A stretch of DNA of 64,000 nucleotides, from the NCBI GenBank assembly GCA_016432465.1, contig CP066690.1, forward strand, positions 122,702 through 186,701, in the 5' to 3' direction. Shown piece by piece: positions 25,972 through 35,990 of the stretch (position 1 is its first letter; each line of letters opens with the position of its first letter). Source of the stretch: Candidatus Sungiibacteriota bacterium. GTDB taxonomy: Bacteria > Patescibacteriota > Minisyncoccia > Sungbacterales > HO2-52-23. The notes beneath the pieces are model-generated. The model did no database searches and was not told the origin of the DNA. It saw only the letters and a list, made by a program, of their open reading frames with translations. Both the position numbers and the translations under genes were made by a program.

Positions 25972-27933
25972 TTATTTAAACAGCGCTTCAATCCGTTTAG
26001 CGATGGATTCGGCGTCTAGTTTGTGATATTCCAGCACCTCCTGATTCTGACCGCACACGGGAATTTCCTCTACCCCAAGATTAACAACTTTGGGGTGAAT
26101 CGTAAACGCCTTAGCAACGGCGCTGGAAAGTAATGTCCCCTGCCCCAAGGTAACATAGTGATCGTCAATTGTTATTATGATACGAAAAGAAGCAAGATGC
26201 TGAAGAAACCATTTCTCGTCAACCCGATTTAGCCAAGGAAAATTGATAACGGCGGCTGATATTCCTTTGAACATAAGAAGATCGGCGGCTTTTACAGCTT
26301 CGCTAAGCATCACCGGGCCATAAGCAAATATGGCCGCATCTTTACCGTCCCGAAGCACTACTCCTTGCCCTATATGTAACTCGTATGTTTCCGGTAACTC
26401 GTACGGAGTCTCGCAGGGAATACTAACTAGTCGGATATAGGTTGATTCCGGATTTTTCTCAACGGCCCAGCGCAGGGTCAACCGCGTTTCTTTTTCATTA
26501 CAGGGTTGGATAAGCGTCAGGCCCGGAATAGCGCCGAGTGCCGAAATTCCGCGTACTGACTGATGAGAGTGTCCGGGCGTTCCCGGAAGAAGTCCGGCCA
26601 GCGAACCTGTATAAATAATTTTTGTCTTCTCCGTAGCGTTGTTATAAAAATGTTCGTTGGGGCGGGTAGAAAGAAAACACTCAAAGGAATGCACCACAGG
26701 AAGCATGCCCTTAAGTGCCATACCTCCAGCCAGAGACACCATGTCCTGTTCGGCAATGCCGCACTCAACGTAGCGTTCCGGAAACTCTTTTTTAAATGGA
26801 ATAAGGCCGGTATCCAACACCAGGTCTGCATCCATCGCAACGACCTCTTTTCGCTCACTCGCTATTTTTACAAGTTCGTCTGTATAAGCGGTTATAAGTT
26901 TCTGCGCATGGGGCGCTGGCGCGACTCGGGGCGGTATTTCTTTTGTTTCCAAAACAACCGGCGCTTCGCCCCAAACAGCAAGATGATTGTTGATGCGATC
27001 CGTAAGTTCTTTTACGGCCGCCTCGTAGTGCTCAGGACTTGGTGCGCCGCTATGGAATTTATAAAGACCGTCTTCTCCTAACCTTTCCATAAACGACACC
27101 CCTTTCCCTTTAATGGTATCCGCAATAAGAATTTGGGGCCGATCTTGGACGCTTTTGAAGTGCGCCAAAATTTCGGCAAGTTTATGAAAGTCGTGGCCGT
27201 CGGAACGAGCCACTACCCACCCAAAGGATCGGAATTTATCTTCAAGGTTTCCAAGATCGCTGGTTTCTTTTATATGACTATCGGACTGCATTTTGTTGTG
27301 ATCCACAATTACGGTAATTTCTGCAAATCCGCCATTTACAGTTGGCTGCAAAGACTCCCAAACTTGGCCCTCCTGCAGTTCTCCGTCGCCGGTAAGCACG
27401 TAAAGCCTTCCGGACTTTCCTTGGAGTCTATTGGCCAGAGCCATTCCGCGCGCTTTAGAAATCCCCATGCCTAAGGAGCCTGTGTTGGCCATCACGTAAG
27501 GCGTGTCTATATCAGGGTGTCCGGGCAGACCGCCAAGACGCCGTAACTTATGGACGTATTCATACGGTAATTTCTCAAGGCCAATTAGCAAAGAGTATAA
27601 TGCCGGCGCGTCATGGCCTTTGGAAGAAAAGTAAGTGTCGCTAGGATTTGCGTCCTTGTCATTCGGGTTTTGCATCTCCTCCAGCCACAACCAGGTCAAA
27701 ATATCCATACAGCTAAAACTCGTTCCTATATGTCCGGAACCGGCCTCCATAATCATGGAAAGAGTATTTAGCCGGAAAACATCTGCCAGAATCTGGGCGC
27801 GCAAAAACGGGTCCGTGATTATCTCCCGGATACGACTCATTTCCCGAGGTGGAACATATTTGATATTTATCATTTTGGTTATTATCTCAATATAACGTTT
27901 ACTCCCCCTTCGTAGTATCACTGTCCAGAACAA
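25972..27933 (-). CDS. Transketolase-family TPP enzyme, fused single chain
   Basis: 653 aa. N-terminal GSGHIGTSFSCMDIL TPP motif plus C-terminal transketolase domains. The true start is probably an internal Met (MINIKY... or MSRIRE...). Confidence 0.65.
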   Translation of the reverse strand: MFWTVILRRGSKRYIEIITKMINIKYVPPREMSRIREIITDPFLRAQILADVFRLNTLSMIMEAGSGHIGTSFSCMDILTWLWLEEMQNPNDKDANPSDTYFSSKGHDAPALYSLLIGLEKLPYEYVHKLRRLGGLPGHPDIDTPYVMANTGSLGMGISKARGMALANRLQGKSGRLYVLTGDGELQEGQVWESLQPTVNGGFAEITVIVDHNKMQSDSHIKETSDLGNLEDKFRSFGWVVARSDGHDFHKLAEILAHFKSVQDRPQILIADTIKGKGVSFMERLGEDGLYKFHSGAPSPEHYEAAVKELTDRINNHLAVWGEAPVVLETKEIPPRVAPAPHAQKLITAYTDELVKIASERKEVVAMDADLVLDTGLIPFKKEFPERYVECGIAEQDMVSLAGGMALKGMLPVVHSFECFLSTRPNEHFYNNATEKTKIIYTGSLAGLLPGTPGHSHQSVRGISALGAIPGLTLIQPCNEKETRLTLRWAVEKNPESTYIRLVSIPCETPYELPETYELHIGQGVVLRDGKDAAIFAYGPVMLSEAVKAADLLMFKGISAAVINFPWLNRVDEKWFLQHLASFRIIITIDDHYVTLGQGTLLSSAVAKAFTIHPKVVNLGVEEIPVCGQNQEVLEYHKLDAESIAKRIEALFK

Positions 27934-27983
27934 AATTAAAGGGCTCCTAACGGGGCCCCTAACTTGGCTTTAAAAATAATTTA

Positions 27984-28679
27984 CTAACCCTTCTTGCGGG
28001 CAACAGAAACCTGTGCAGCAAAATGCTCCGCGGCTTCGGAAATCTCTTTCCAAGCATTACGACTCACAACATCCTGTTTGACCATTCCTCCGCTAATAAC
28101 AAACAAGTAGCCTTCCTGTAAAAACCAAGCAGCATTATCAAGATTGATGCCGCCGGTTACGGCAAATCCAGTCCGCGGAAAACATCCCCGGAATTGTTGC
28201 AGACGTAAAGTACTATCACGGACATCAAGCGGGCTTGGCATAAAAAGTTTTATCGCTAACGGATTATAGGGTAGAAGGGAACGTACTTCTTCTTGTGTTT
28301 CCGCGGCCGGCATCACTAAGATACCTTTAGTGTTGGCAGCTTTCACGACTTCTATGGCTGCGGCATTACTTACCACAAACTGAGCGCCATAAGCATGGGC
28401 CAAGCTTACGTCTTCTGCTGTCTGCAGCGTACCGCATCCAATCAAAAATCTTGTGCCGGCCAAAGCTCTTCGTATCTCACGGATCGCTTCAAAACGTCCT
28501 ATGGGAATCTCACTCAAAACGGGTCTATAAAGAATTTCCATGGCAGGGATTCCGCCCTCCAGTAAAGCACGAGCAATTTCAACGTAGTTTCCAACGGTTG
28601 TTTCTACGTTAACAGTGGGGAGTACCCCCACTTTTGTCAGGCGCTCCAAAACCGCAACCCTTTCCGGCCAACTTGTCAT
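27984..28679 (-). CDS. KDPG/KHG aldolase family protein (Eda-like)
   Basis: Start placed at MTSWPERVAV (ATG at 28679), which is preceded by a GGGGGAG RBS with a 6-nt spacer. The longer track ORF to 28727 lacks an RBS. Confidence 0.55.
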   Translation of the reverse strand: MTSWPERVAVLERLTKVGVLPTVNVETTVGNYVEIARALLEGGIPAMEILYRPVLSEIPIGRFEAIREIRRALAGTRFLIGCGTLQTAEDVSLAHAYGAQFVVSNAAAIEVVKAANTKGILVMPAAETQEEVRSLLPYNPLAIKLFMPSPLDVRDSTLRLQQFRGCFPRTGFAVTGGINLDNAAWFLQEGYLFVISGGMVKQDVVSRNAWKEISEAAEHFAAQVSVARKKG

Positions 28680-28825
28680 CCCCAACTCCCCCTTTAAGTG
28701 AAAAACAGCTAAAACTAGCTGTTGCACATAAATAACTAGGTGTCAATGGTTGACACTGGTGCAAAAAACTGGCGTGTAAATACGCCAGTCACTGTAGGTG
28801 TTGCTGAAAGCAACACTTGGCCTTT

Positions 28826-29671
28826 TTAGCCCCTCCAGCCCGGAGGAGGCACGCAGCCACTCTGGCCTGGAAAAGGATTGGGGTCGTAAATTTTCGGACG
28901 ATTCGCAAGATCAATACCCTTGGCCTTCAGCCCCTCACGGTCATCGTAATAGATCGTGAGAACGGCATTCGGCGTCTCGGTTGCCTTATCAAAGCGTACT
29001 CGAACAACCCGATGCCCAACCTGATGACCAAAACCAGTACCGATGTTCTGCGCTCGCCCCTGAAGCTCCGACAAACCAGACGTGGTGCTCTTGACAGAGC
29101 GCAACTTCTCGCCAAACCTACGGGTCACATTCGGCTCATCCATAAAATAGTAGTCCGGCCGCACAGGAACTGGCGGCTTTTCGTAAAACACGGCACAGCC
29201 AATGACTCCCACATCTGTCGGCTTACCCATTTGAGCCGCATACGATTCCCCGAAGGTGGTTGAAAACAAAAACTGGGCAACGGTTTCATCGTTTAGGCGC
29301 CACCCGGGAATGACAATGCTAGAAAAACCATCTACCACATAACCGCTTGACTTATAATTTCCGGTTTTCCCATCCATGACTGAAAGCCCATCAACTGTAA
29401 TTACGGCCAAAAGTCTCCGAGCAGAATGGTTATGAAATTGTAAAGAGTAGGCAGAACCCTTTCTCCCTTCTACATAGGTTCTACCTTCGTGTAGGTACTC
29501 TTTAATCGCACTGCCATAAACCAGCACGTCTAACTCAAAACCCCCAAAACCTTCTCCGTAAAACCAATGCTGCACTGGTTCACTCCTCTCCGGTGGACTT
29601 CTGCCCGGACCACCCGGGACTTCTGCCACCACTGGAGTTTTTAACTCCAGCGATCTGGAGGATGATGACAT
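28826..29671 (-). CDS. Hypothetical protein
   Basis: Uninterrupted 281-aa ORF with ordinary amino-acid composition; no family recognised. A cluster of small hairpins at 28740-28815 downstream may be its terminator(s). Confidence 0.35.
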   Translation of the reverse strand: MSSSSRSLELKTPVVAEVPGGPGRSPPERSEPVQHWFYGEGFGGFELDVLVYGSAIKEYLHEGRTYVEGRKGSAYSLQFHNHSARRLLAVITVDGLSVMDGKTGNYKSSGYVVDGFSSIVIPGWRLNDETVAQFLFSTTFGESYAAQMGKPTDVGVIGCAVFYEKPPVPVRPDYYFMDEPNVTRRFGEKLRSVKSTTSGLSELQGRAQNIGTGFGHQVGHRVVRVRFDKATETPNAVLTIYYDDREGLKAKGIDLANRPKIYDPNPFPGQSGCVPPPGWRG

Positions 29672-29707
29672 CCTTCCAAGTCGCTGGAGTCAAAAAATTC
29701 AATAAAT

Positions 29708-29828
29708 CCCCCCACCTTCCCAGCAGGGTATTGGACCCCGCGGGAAGGATTTCTACGGCGCCCATTCGTCCCCGCAGCAAGGGAAGTCTGACTTCTCAAG
29801 CTGCGGGGTATTCTAGGAAGGTGGGGGG
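29708..29828. mobile_element. About 120-bp palindromic MITE/RPE-like element, copy 2 (intergenic)
   Basis: CCCCCCACCTTCCCAG ... CTAGGAAGGTGGGGGG. About 90% identical to 2848-2967, including the AATAAATCC leader and the GGGAAGTCTGACTTC core. Confidence 0.6.
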
Positions 29829-29922
29829 ATAAAAGAGCCAGACCGTATATTACTTAGAGTATAGCAAATAAAATAATCCCTGTCAATTAAAAAAATATAC
29901 CGCCGCAGGGCGGTATATTCCT

Positions 29923-31377
29923 TTAAAATTCCCTTGTTGAATGATAATCTATGCTCACCTGTTTCCATTCCGAGTAAAAATCCAGAGCAGCAAATCCGGG
30001 CTCGCGCCAGCCATTGCCTGAAATTCCTAACCCCCCAAAAGGAACATGCGGCTCTGACCCATGCGTAGGGCCATTAACCCGCACTACTCCCCCTTGAAAC
30101 TCGTTAATAAATTCCTGCGCCCGATCCATATTTTTGGTATGAATAGCGGCGGTAAGCCTAAAGGGTGAGCTCTTGGCCAGCATCACTGCCTCGCTAAAAT
30201 ACTTCGCCCTATAAATACAGACCACCGGCCCAAAAAGTTCGCTTTGAGAAATGTCATCATCAGGAGACACACTGGAAATTACAGTTGGCTCCATAAAATA
30301 TCCGGGTCTATCTACTCTGTTACCGCCAGAAAGCAGTTCTGCTCCCCGCGAAACTGCAGAATTAACCGCTTTCAAAATCGCATTTAGGCGCGGCTCGCTA
30401 ATAATAGCGCCGAAATCATCAGTATCGTTAGTTCCCGCCCGCAGCTGTTTTACCTTTTCCAAAAATAAACGCAGAAAATCATCATAAATGGTATTCATCA
30501 CAATAATGCGGCTGGCCGCGGCGCAGCGCTGTCCGGCGTCCACAAAAGCTGACTTGACCGCCCACTCCACTGCCCGATTAAGATCCGCGTCGTCGCAAAC
30601 CACAAAAGGATTCTTTCCTCCAGCCTCTATAAGAACTTTGGCCAGACGATTGGCTGTTTCTTTTAGTATGAATCTGGCTGTTTCTACCGAGCCCGTAAAA
30701 CTGACAAATTTAACATTGCGGTCAGCAATCAGCGGAGCCCCAACGCCGCTTCCCGATCCTTGCACTACTGATATCACATCAGCCGGCACACCCGCTTCCC
30801 TAAAAATCTTGGCGTACAAAACCGGCGTATAGGGCGTGTATTCGTGGGCCTTGATCACCACAGCGTTGCCGCAAAGAAGCGCGGGAAAAAGCTTCCAAGC
30901 AATACCAGCCGCAGGATTATTAAAGGGGGTAATCAGCGCGCCCACGCCCATACTCTGTCGTATCAGAGAAATAGTTCTTCTGTCGGCGCCGCTCGGGAGC
31001 ACTACTCCGTTGTAACGCTGTCCTTCTCCAGCAAAGAAAAATCCGCACTCTACTGCTGCTTCAATTTCAGAACGCGCATCTTTCTTTGATTTTCCGCACT
31101 CCTGCGCTATGACTTCCGCCAACTCCTCTTTTCTCTCTTGAATCAAGAGGGCGGCCTGACGAAGTATTTTGGCGCGATCCAAAACCGGTATTTTACGCCA
31201 ACGTTCATACCCGCGATGGACCCCCCCTATAGCTTTTTCGGCATCCTCGGCTGTGCCCCCAGCCACTTCAGTAAGTTTCTCTCCGGTGGCTGGATCATAC
31301 TTATCAAAAAACTTGCCGCGCTGCGGCTCTGTTTCCCGATCATCAATCCAGTGAAGTACTTTTTTTGGATAGTCCAT
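29923..31377 (-). CDS. NAD(P)-dependent aldehyde dehydrogenase
   Basis: ALDH architecture with EAGGKNP and a GQRCAAAS catalytic-Cys region; 484 aa. Confidence 0.7.
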   Translation of the reverse strand: MDYPKKVLHWIDDRETEPQRGKFFDKYDPATGEKLTEVAGGTAEDAEKAIGGVHRGYERWRKIPVLDRAKILRQAALLIQERKEELAEVIAQECGKSKKDARSEIEAAVECGFFFAGEGQRYNGVVLPSGADRRTISLIRQSMGVGALITPFNNPAAGIAWKLFPALLCGNAVVIKAHEYTPYTPVLYAKIFREAGVPADVISVVQGSGSGVGAPLIADRNVKFVSFTGSVETARFILKETANRLAKVLIEAGGKNPFVVCDDADLNRAVEWAVKSAFVDAGQRCAAASRIIVMNTIYDDFLRLFLEKVKQLRAGTNDTDDFGAIISEPRLNAILKAVNSAVSRGAELLSGGNRVDRPGYFMEPTVISSVSPDDDISQSELFGPVVCIYRAKYFSEAVMLAKSSPFRLTAAIHTKNMDRAQEFINEFQGGVVRVNGPTHGSEPHVPFGGLGISGNGWREPGFAALDFYSEWKQVSIDYHSTREF

Positions 31378-31424
31378 AAGTCTAACCCTGTTTTAGAGTG
31401 CTGTTTAAAACTTGTAGCATAAAT

Positions 31425-33020
31425 CTATCTTGCTGTCCAACCCCCATCAATAACTAAGGCGGAGCCTGTCATGTATGAGGAGGCGTGGTGTGATGCGAGA
31501 AACAAAATAGCCGCATTGTATTCATGCTCTTCGGCCATACGGCCAAGGACGGTACGTTTGCTGTACTCCTTAAGGAAAATCTCGTTTTGTCCGGCATAAA
31601 CGCCGCCGGGAACAAGGGTGTTTACGCGGACCGGAATCCCAGATTGTCTGCAGTATTCCGCAAGCCATCTGGTAAAATTTAAAACCCCGGCTTTGGCCAC
31701 GCTGTAGGTTATGGGTTTATAAAATTCTTCTCCATTTTCTCTACGAAAATCGTACACGGATTGATCCGGAGCAACCAGACCATAGGTGGAAGAAATATTT
31801 ATAATGCTCCCCTTCTTTCCTGATGTTTTAATGTGGCGGATAAATTCCTGCGATACAAAGTGGGCACCGGTTAGGTGAGAATGAAGAACTTCATGCCAAG
31901 CATCTTCCGGATAGTCTTCGTAAGGACCGTTGACGGCCGCAGAAGCATCAGGAGACGCGTCCAGGCCGGCGTTATTTACTAAAATTGTAGGAACCCCAAA
32001 ACGCGCCACCACCTCCCTAAACCCCCTTGCTACTTCCTGCTTTTTAGTAATATCAACTTTATGACAGGAGACAGAGAAACCGCCTTCCTGCAGGGCCCGA
32101 ATTTTTTGACTGGGAATGTCTTTTAAATCAAAAATGGCTACAGCCGATCCTGCCCCAACTAATGCTTTTGTAAATTCGCCCCCCAACCTTCCCATGCCGC
32201 CGGTAACAACTGCTATCTCACCGGTTAAATCAAAAAGGTTTCTGTACAAGGAATCTTTTATTTTTATGTCCAGGTCGGGACGAATTTCTTTGGCGCGTCG
32301 GGCCGCCCTTTCCTGTAAAATGGCCTCGGCGCGTTCAAAGTCTTTTTCCGTATCTATATCTACGGCTTCGTCAATAACGTGATAACGGACCCGGTCTCCA
32401 GCCATAGACTTATTTTCTACTAAAGTTTTCCAGCGTATAGCCGAGGAATCAATGTAAAAATAAGCTCGGGGGTAAGACTGACGAGGCTTGTTGTAGGCAT
32501 CTCTGATGCCGGTAAAAGATTCTGTTAGAAACGGCTCAATAGCGTCTCCTTTTATACGCCACATTTTGTAAGGATGCTTGGCCGGCTCCATAATGGTGTA
32601 AGCAGAATCGGCCGTTGGATCGTCCAACAGCAGTTTAATCGTTGCGTCAACATCTTCGGTGCGGCAAATAGGAGAAGTGGGCGGAAGACGAACAATAACA
32701 TCGGCCTTCCATCCCTCGTTTTCTGCCAGCCACACGGCCGCATGATGTAACCAATCAAAATCCGGCACATGATCTTCGGCCAGCTCCTTGGGACGCAAAA
32801 ATGGAGTTTCGGCTCCATAACGCCTTCCAATTTCGGCATATTCCGGGGAGTCGGTTGATAAAACTACCCGCGTAAGGTATTGGGAACGTTTGGCCGCCTC
32901 AATGATCCAAGACAGAAGCGGTTTCCCTAAAAGCGGCTTTATGTTTTTGTGCGGTATGGTTTTGGAACCGGAACGCGCTCCAACTACTCCAAGAATTTTT
33001 AGATTTTGGAACTCGGTCAT
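31425..33020 (-). CDS. Fusion protein: N-terminal NeuA-like CMP-nonulosonate cytidylyltransferase plus C-terminal SDR oxidoreductase
   Basis: N-terminus ILGVVGARSGSKTIPHKNIKPLLGKPLL (CTP_transf_3 / NeuA pattern). The C-terminal half has AVVTGGMGRLGGEF and an SDR layout. Confidence 0.6.
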   Translation of the reverse strand: MTEFQNLKILGVVGARSGSKTIPHKNIKPLLGKPLLSWIIEAAKRSQYLTRVVLSTDSPEYAEIGRRYGAETPFLRPKELAEDHVPDFDWLHHAAVWLAENEGWKADVIVRLPPTSPICRTEDVDATIKLLLDDPTADSAYTIMEPAKHPYKMWRIKGDAIEPFLTESFTGIRDAYNKPRQSYPRAYFYIDSSAIRWKTLVENKSMAGDRVRYHVIDEAVDIDTEKDFERAEAILQERAARRAKEIRPDLDIKIKDSLYRNLFDLTGEIAVVTGGMGRLGGEFTKALVGAGSAVAIFDLKDIPSQKIRALQEGGFSVSCHKVDITKKQEVARGFREVVARFGVPTILVNNAGLDASPDASAAVNGPYEDYPEDAWHEVLHSHLTGAHFVSQEFIRHIKTSGKKGSIINISSTYGLVAPDQSVYDFRRENGEEFYKPITYSVAKAGVLNFTRWLAEYCRQSGIPVRVNTLVPGGVYAGQNEIFLKEYSKRTVLGRMAEEHEYNAAILFLASHHASSYMTGSALVIDGGWTAR

Positions 33021-33751
33021 ATGGTGTTAAGCCCCACCCTCCTTCTTAGAAGCTCTTCGGCTATTAAAAAATCTATATCAGAATCAATATCTATAGCATC
33101 GGTTTTGGGTATTAAATGATACCTGACTTTTTTGCCGGCCATAGACTTTTCTTCTACCAGAGTTTTCCAGCGAAGCGCAATCACATCCACGTGCTGATAC
33201 GCCTTGGGGAAAGCTTGACGCGGCATATTATGGGCATCTTTAAAGCCGGTAAATTCTTCTGATAAAAACGGTTCCAGATACTCGCCCTTAGCCCGCCAAA
33301 GTTTATAAGGATGTTTAGAGGCAGAAGTTATCGTCCGAGAAGAATCAGCCAAAGGGTCAGCGATTAAAAGTTTAACACATTCATCAATGTGTTCGGGCCG
33401 GCAAAGCGGAGTGGTGGGCGGAAGACGCAAAATTATATCCGCCTGCCAACCTTCGTTGTCACGAAGCCAAGTCGCGGCATGATACAAAAAATCAAAATCA
33501 GGAACGTGATCCTCGGCCAGTTCCTTAGGTCGTAAAAAAGGCATCTCGGCTCCATAACTTTTAGCAATTTCCCCGTACTCCGGAGAGTCTGTGGAAATTA
33601 TGAGGCGTGTTACGTACCCCGATGCATTGGCCGCCTCAATGATCCAAGCCAGCAACGGCTTACCCAAAAGCGGTTTTATGTTTTTATGGGGTATGGAACG
33701 CGAGCCCGAGCGCGCGCCTACCACTCCCAAAACCTTTAACGATTGGTCCAT
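33017..33751 (-). CDS. NeuA-like acylneuraminate (nonulosonate) cytidylyltransferase
   Basis: VLGVVGARSGSRSIPHKNIKPLLGKPLLAW. Close paralog of the N-terminal domain of 31425..33020. Confidence 0.65.
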   Translation of the reverse strand: MDQSLKVLGVVGARSGSRSIPHKNIKPLLGKPLLAWIIEAANASGYVTRLIISTDSPEYGEIAKSYGAEMPFLRPKELAEDHVPDFDFLYHAATWLRDNEGWQADIILRLPPTTPLCRPEHIDECVKLLIADPLADSSRTITSASKHPYKLWRAKGEYLEPFLSEEFTGFKDAHNMPRQAFPKAYQHVDVIALRWKTLVEEKSMAGKKVRYHLIPKTDAIDIDSDIDFLIAEELLRRRVGLNTI

Positions 33752-33768
33752 ATGAGATAGAACTAAAC

Positions 33769-34620
33769 TTAAAAATAACTAGTCTCACCTCTTTTTCTCT
33801 CAAAAATATAATTAAATGTTTGTGGCCTTTTTCTTTTATAGGAGTTGGACATAACCAATCCCGCGCTATGCAGCCGTTCTTTAATTTCAGCAGCACCGGC
33901 GAGGGATTCATTAATTTCAATAAGCAGCGATTTCAGGGTGGGACTGGCCAGAGTACGCTCTGCCCCCTTAATAACACGCAGCTCTTCGCCGTCAACATCA
34001 ATTTTTAAATGCGTCGGGTGCGGCAGATTAAATTTTTCTATAAAATCATCCAATCGCCAACCCAACATTGGTTGGCTAAATGCCGGATGCGGAACTCTTT
34101 GGGCAGAAGCAGAAAAGTCACTTAGTTCGTGCAGGGCATGTCCCGGAGAAATATCTGAATAATGAAAATAAAAAATCTCTGTTCTATCGGCCAGCGCCAC
34201 CGGCAGAGGTATAATTTTATCTCCGCACTTATTCAAAATTAAATTCTGGACGAGCGCATCAAAAGTGGAAAATCCGGGTTCAAAAGCATAAATTCTGCCC
34301 TGCCCCGCCGTGACGGTCCAAGCGATCAATGAATAGGCACCAACGTTGGCGCCAATGTCATACAGTATCTCACCGGGACGAAAATTATTTTCAAGCCAAG
34401 CCACAGTTTCCGGCTCTCGCTGACAGGATTTAAGGTGATCAAGTTGACTGTAAGATTTAACTTCCATCACCAACGGTCTTTTGGCGTAATCCAATATGCC
34501 CAGACCCTTCAATGCCCAGGAAAGGGGCCTCCAACCCGACCCTTCTATCATAAACTTAATATTATGCCCCCAAAGCCGTAAAACTCTCCTTAGGGTTTTG
34601 GGGATTAAAAGACGTAGCAT
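33769..34620 (-). CDS. FkbM-family SAM-dependent methyltransferase
   Basis: LYDIGANVGAYSL...AFEPG motifs. Confidence 0.6.
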   Translation of the reverse strand: MLRLLIPKTLRRVLRLWGHNIKFMIEGSGWRPLSWALKGLGILDYAKRPLVMEVKSYSQLDHLKSCQREPETVAWLENNFRPGEILYDIGANVGAYSLIAWTVTAGQGRIYAFEPGFSTFDALVQNLILNKCGDKIIPLPVALADRTEIFYFHYSDISPGHALHELSDFSASAQRVPHPAFSQPMLGWRLDDFIEKFNLPHPTHLKIDVDGEELRVIKGAERTLASPTLKSLLIEINESLAGAAEIKERLHSAGLVMSNSYKRKRPQTFNYIFERKRGETSYF

Positions 34621-34629
34621 ACCTTTAAA

Positions 34630-35982
34630 TCACTTTATTAGAGATATCACTGTATCAAAAATCCGCTGGGATGCGCCCCCAATCGGCCCCACCAAGGTCT
34701 CTACCAAACGCCGCCTGCCCTCTTCGTGAAGTTTGGGATTTTCTAAATAAGTTTTAACAGCCTGAATCAATTCTTTTTCGTTTCGCACTTTCCATACGCC
34801 GCCTGTTTCTTCCACGTCTTTATAGTGCACGGTGTTAGCCAGCGTTACCGAAAGCTTATTCTGCCACGGCAGTTTATCTTCATCATAACCATTAAAAGCG
34901 GCAAGGATAATCGGACGATTAAAAATGGCTGCTTCCAAAGCAATGGTAGAACCAAGGTTTATAGTAACGTCGCTCAACCTCAAAACATTCAGGAGCAACT
35001 TTACATCGTCCCATCCGAACTTGAAATCTTTACCAAAATCAAGAATGGGAATCTTAGCCGCCTCCCCCTGCAAAATAATGTTGTCATTGGGGTGCACACG
35101 TACCAAAATTTGGGCATTGCCAAATTCACCGCGCTCGCACGAGCGCTTCAGCATTAACACATGGTCCGTATAATCACGTTTATTAAGAACTGAAAGCGGC
35201 AGCCCGCCGGTAAAATAAGTTATCCAACGCTTGCCCGGATCCAGATTAAAACGTGCGGCCAGCTCTTCTCGTGACATGTGCCAAGCTGAATCAAAGTACT
35301 TCTCAAATTGCGGGAAACCTACTATCCTAATCCGTTCTCGGGGATAATCACCCAACTTGGTTGCTTCTTCCACCATATGGGGATTTTGCACCAGTAGCCT
35401 ATCCGGGTGGATTCGCAAAAAAGTCTTGGAAGTAAGATTGTCCCAACTGCGCACCATACCTACAGTAGGAATGCGGCGACGCTTGGCATACTTTAACAGG
35501 GCGGTGTCTTCATCCAGAGTCAAACTGGTACCCATAACAACTGCCGGCCGGTATCGTTCAAAATACTTCTTCCATATCTGATCATCATGCAAAATATAGT
35601 ACTCAAAAGAACGAAGAAGCAATTTCCATATTTTAAAATGCCCCAAGATCCAGATAAAATGCTTGAAAAGATAGTTAATCATAGATCCCCCATTGAGGTA
35701 GGCGCGTTTTTGACGAAACTGAATGGTGGGAGTGGCAATACTGGCATAGCAGATAAGATTTAAAAAACGCCGCAGGGGCTTTTGGGCTGTTTGAATATCG
35801 GGAACCGGCTCTATTGTCTGGTTTTTTTGCGAGAATTTATTTTTACAGAACTCGTACTTAACCGCCTCCACAAAAAACACCACCCGCATATCCTGTTTTT
35901 CCTGAAGAAAACGGTAAAAATCACTTACTAAAAAATTTCTTATTTCCAGCCCGGTTAAGGCCGTTACAAAAATTGTTCTCAT
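34630..35982 (-). CDS. GT-B-like TagF/KpsC-family (glycerophospho- or Kdo-type) transferase, paralog 1 of 3
   Basis: About 450 aa with a conserved C-terminal block GSTIALEAAIFNRPII. Paralogous to 40638..42038 and 42035..43408. Family assignment is tentative. Confidence 0.35.
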   Translation of the reverse strand: MRTIFVTALTGLEIRNFLVSDFYRFLQEKQDMRVVFFVEAVKYEFCKNKFSQKNQTIEPVPDIQTAQKPLRRFLNLICYASIATPTIQFRQKRAYLNGGSMINYLFKHFIWILGHFKIWKLLLRSFEYYILHDDQIWKKYFERYRPAVVMGTSLTLDEDTALLKYAKRRRIPTVGMVRSWDNLTSKTFLRIHPDRLLVQNPHMVEEATKLGDYPRERIRIVGFPQFEKYFDSAWHMSREELAARFNLDPGKRWITYFTGGLPLSVLNKRDYTDHVLMLKRSCERGEFGNAQILVRVHPNDNIILQGEAAKIPILDFGKDFKFGWDDVKLLLNVLRLSDVTINLGSTIALEAAIFNRPIILAAFNGYDEDKLPWQNKLSVTLANTVHYKDVEETGGVWKVRNEKELIQAVKTYLENPKLHEEGRRRLVETLVGPIGGASQRIFDTVISLIK

Positions 35983-35990
35983 AACAAAAT

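Noticed and set aside
26563-27081. 172-aa plus-strand ORF
   Set aside because: Antisense within the fused transketolase-family gene; basic low-complexity translation.
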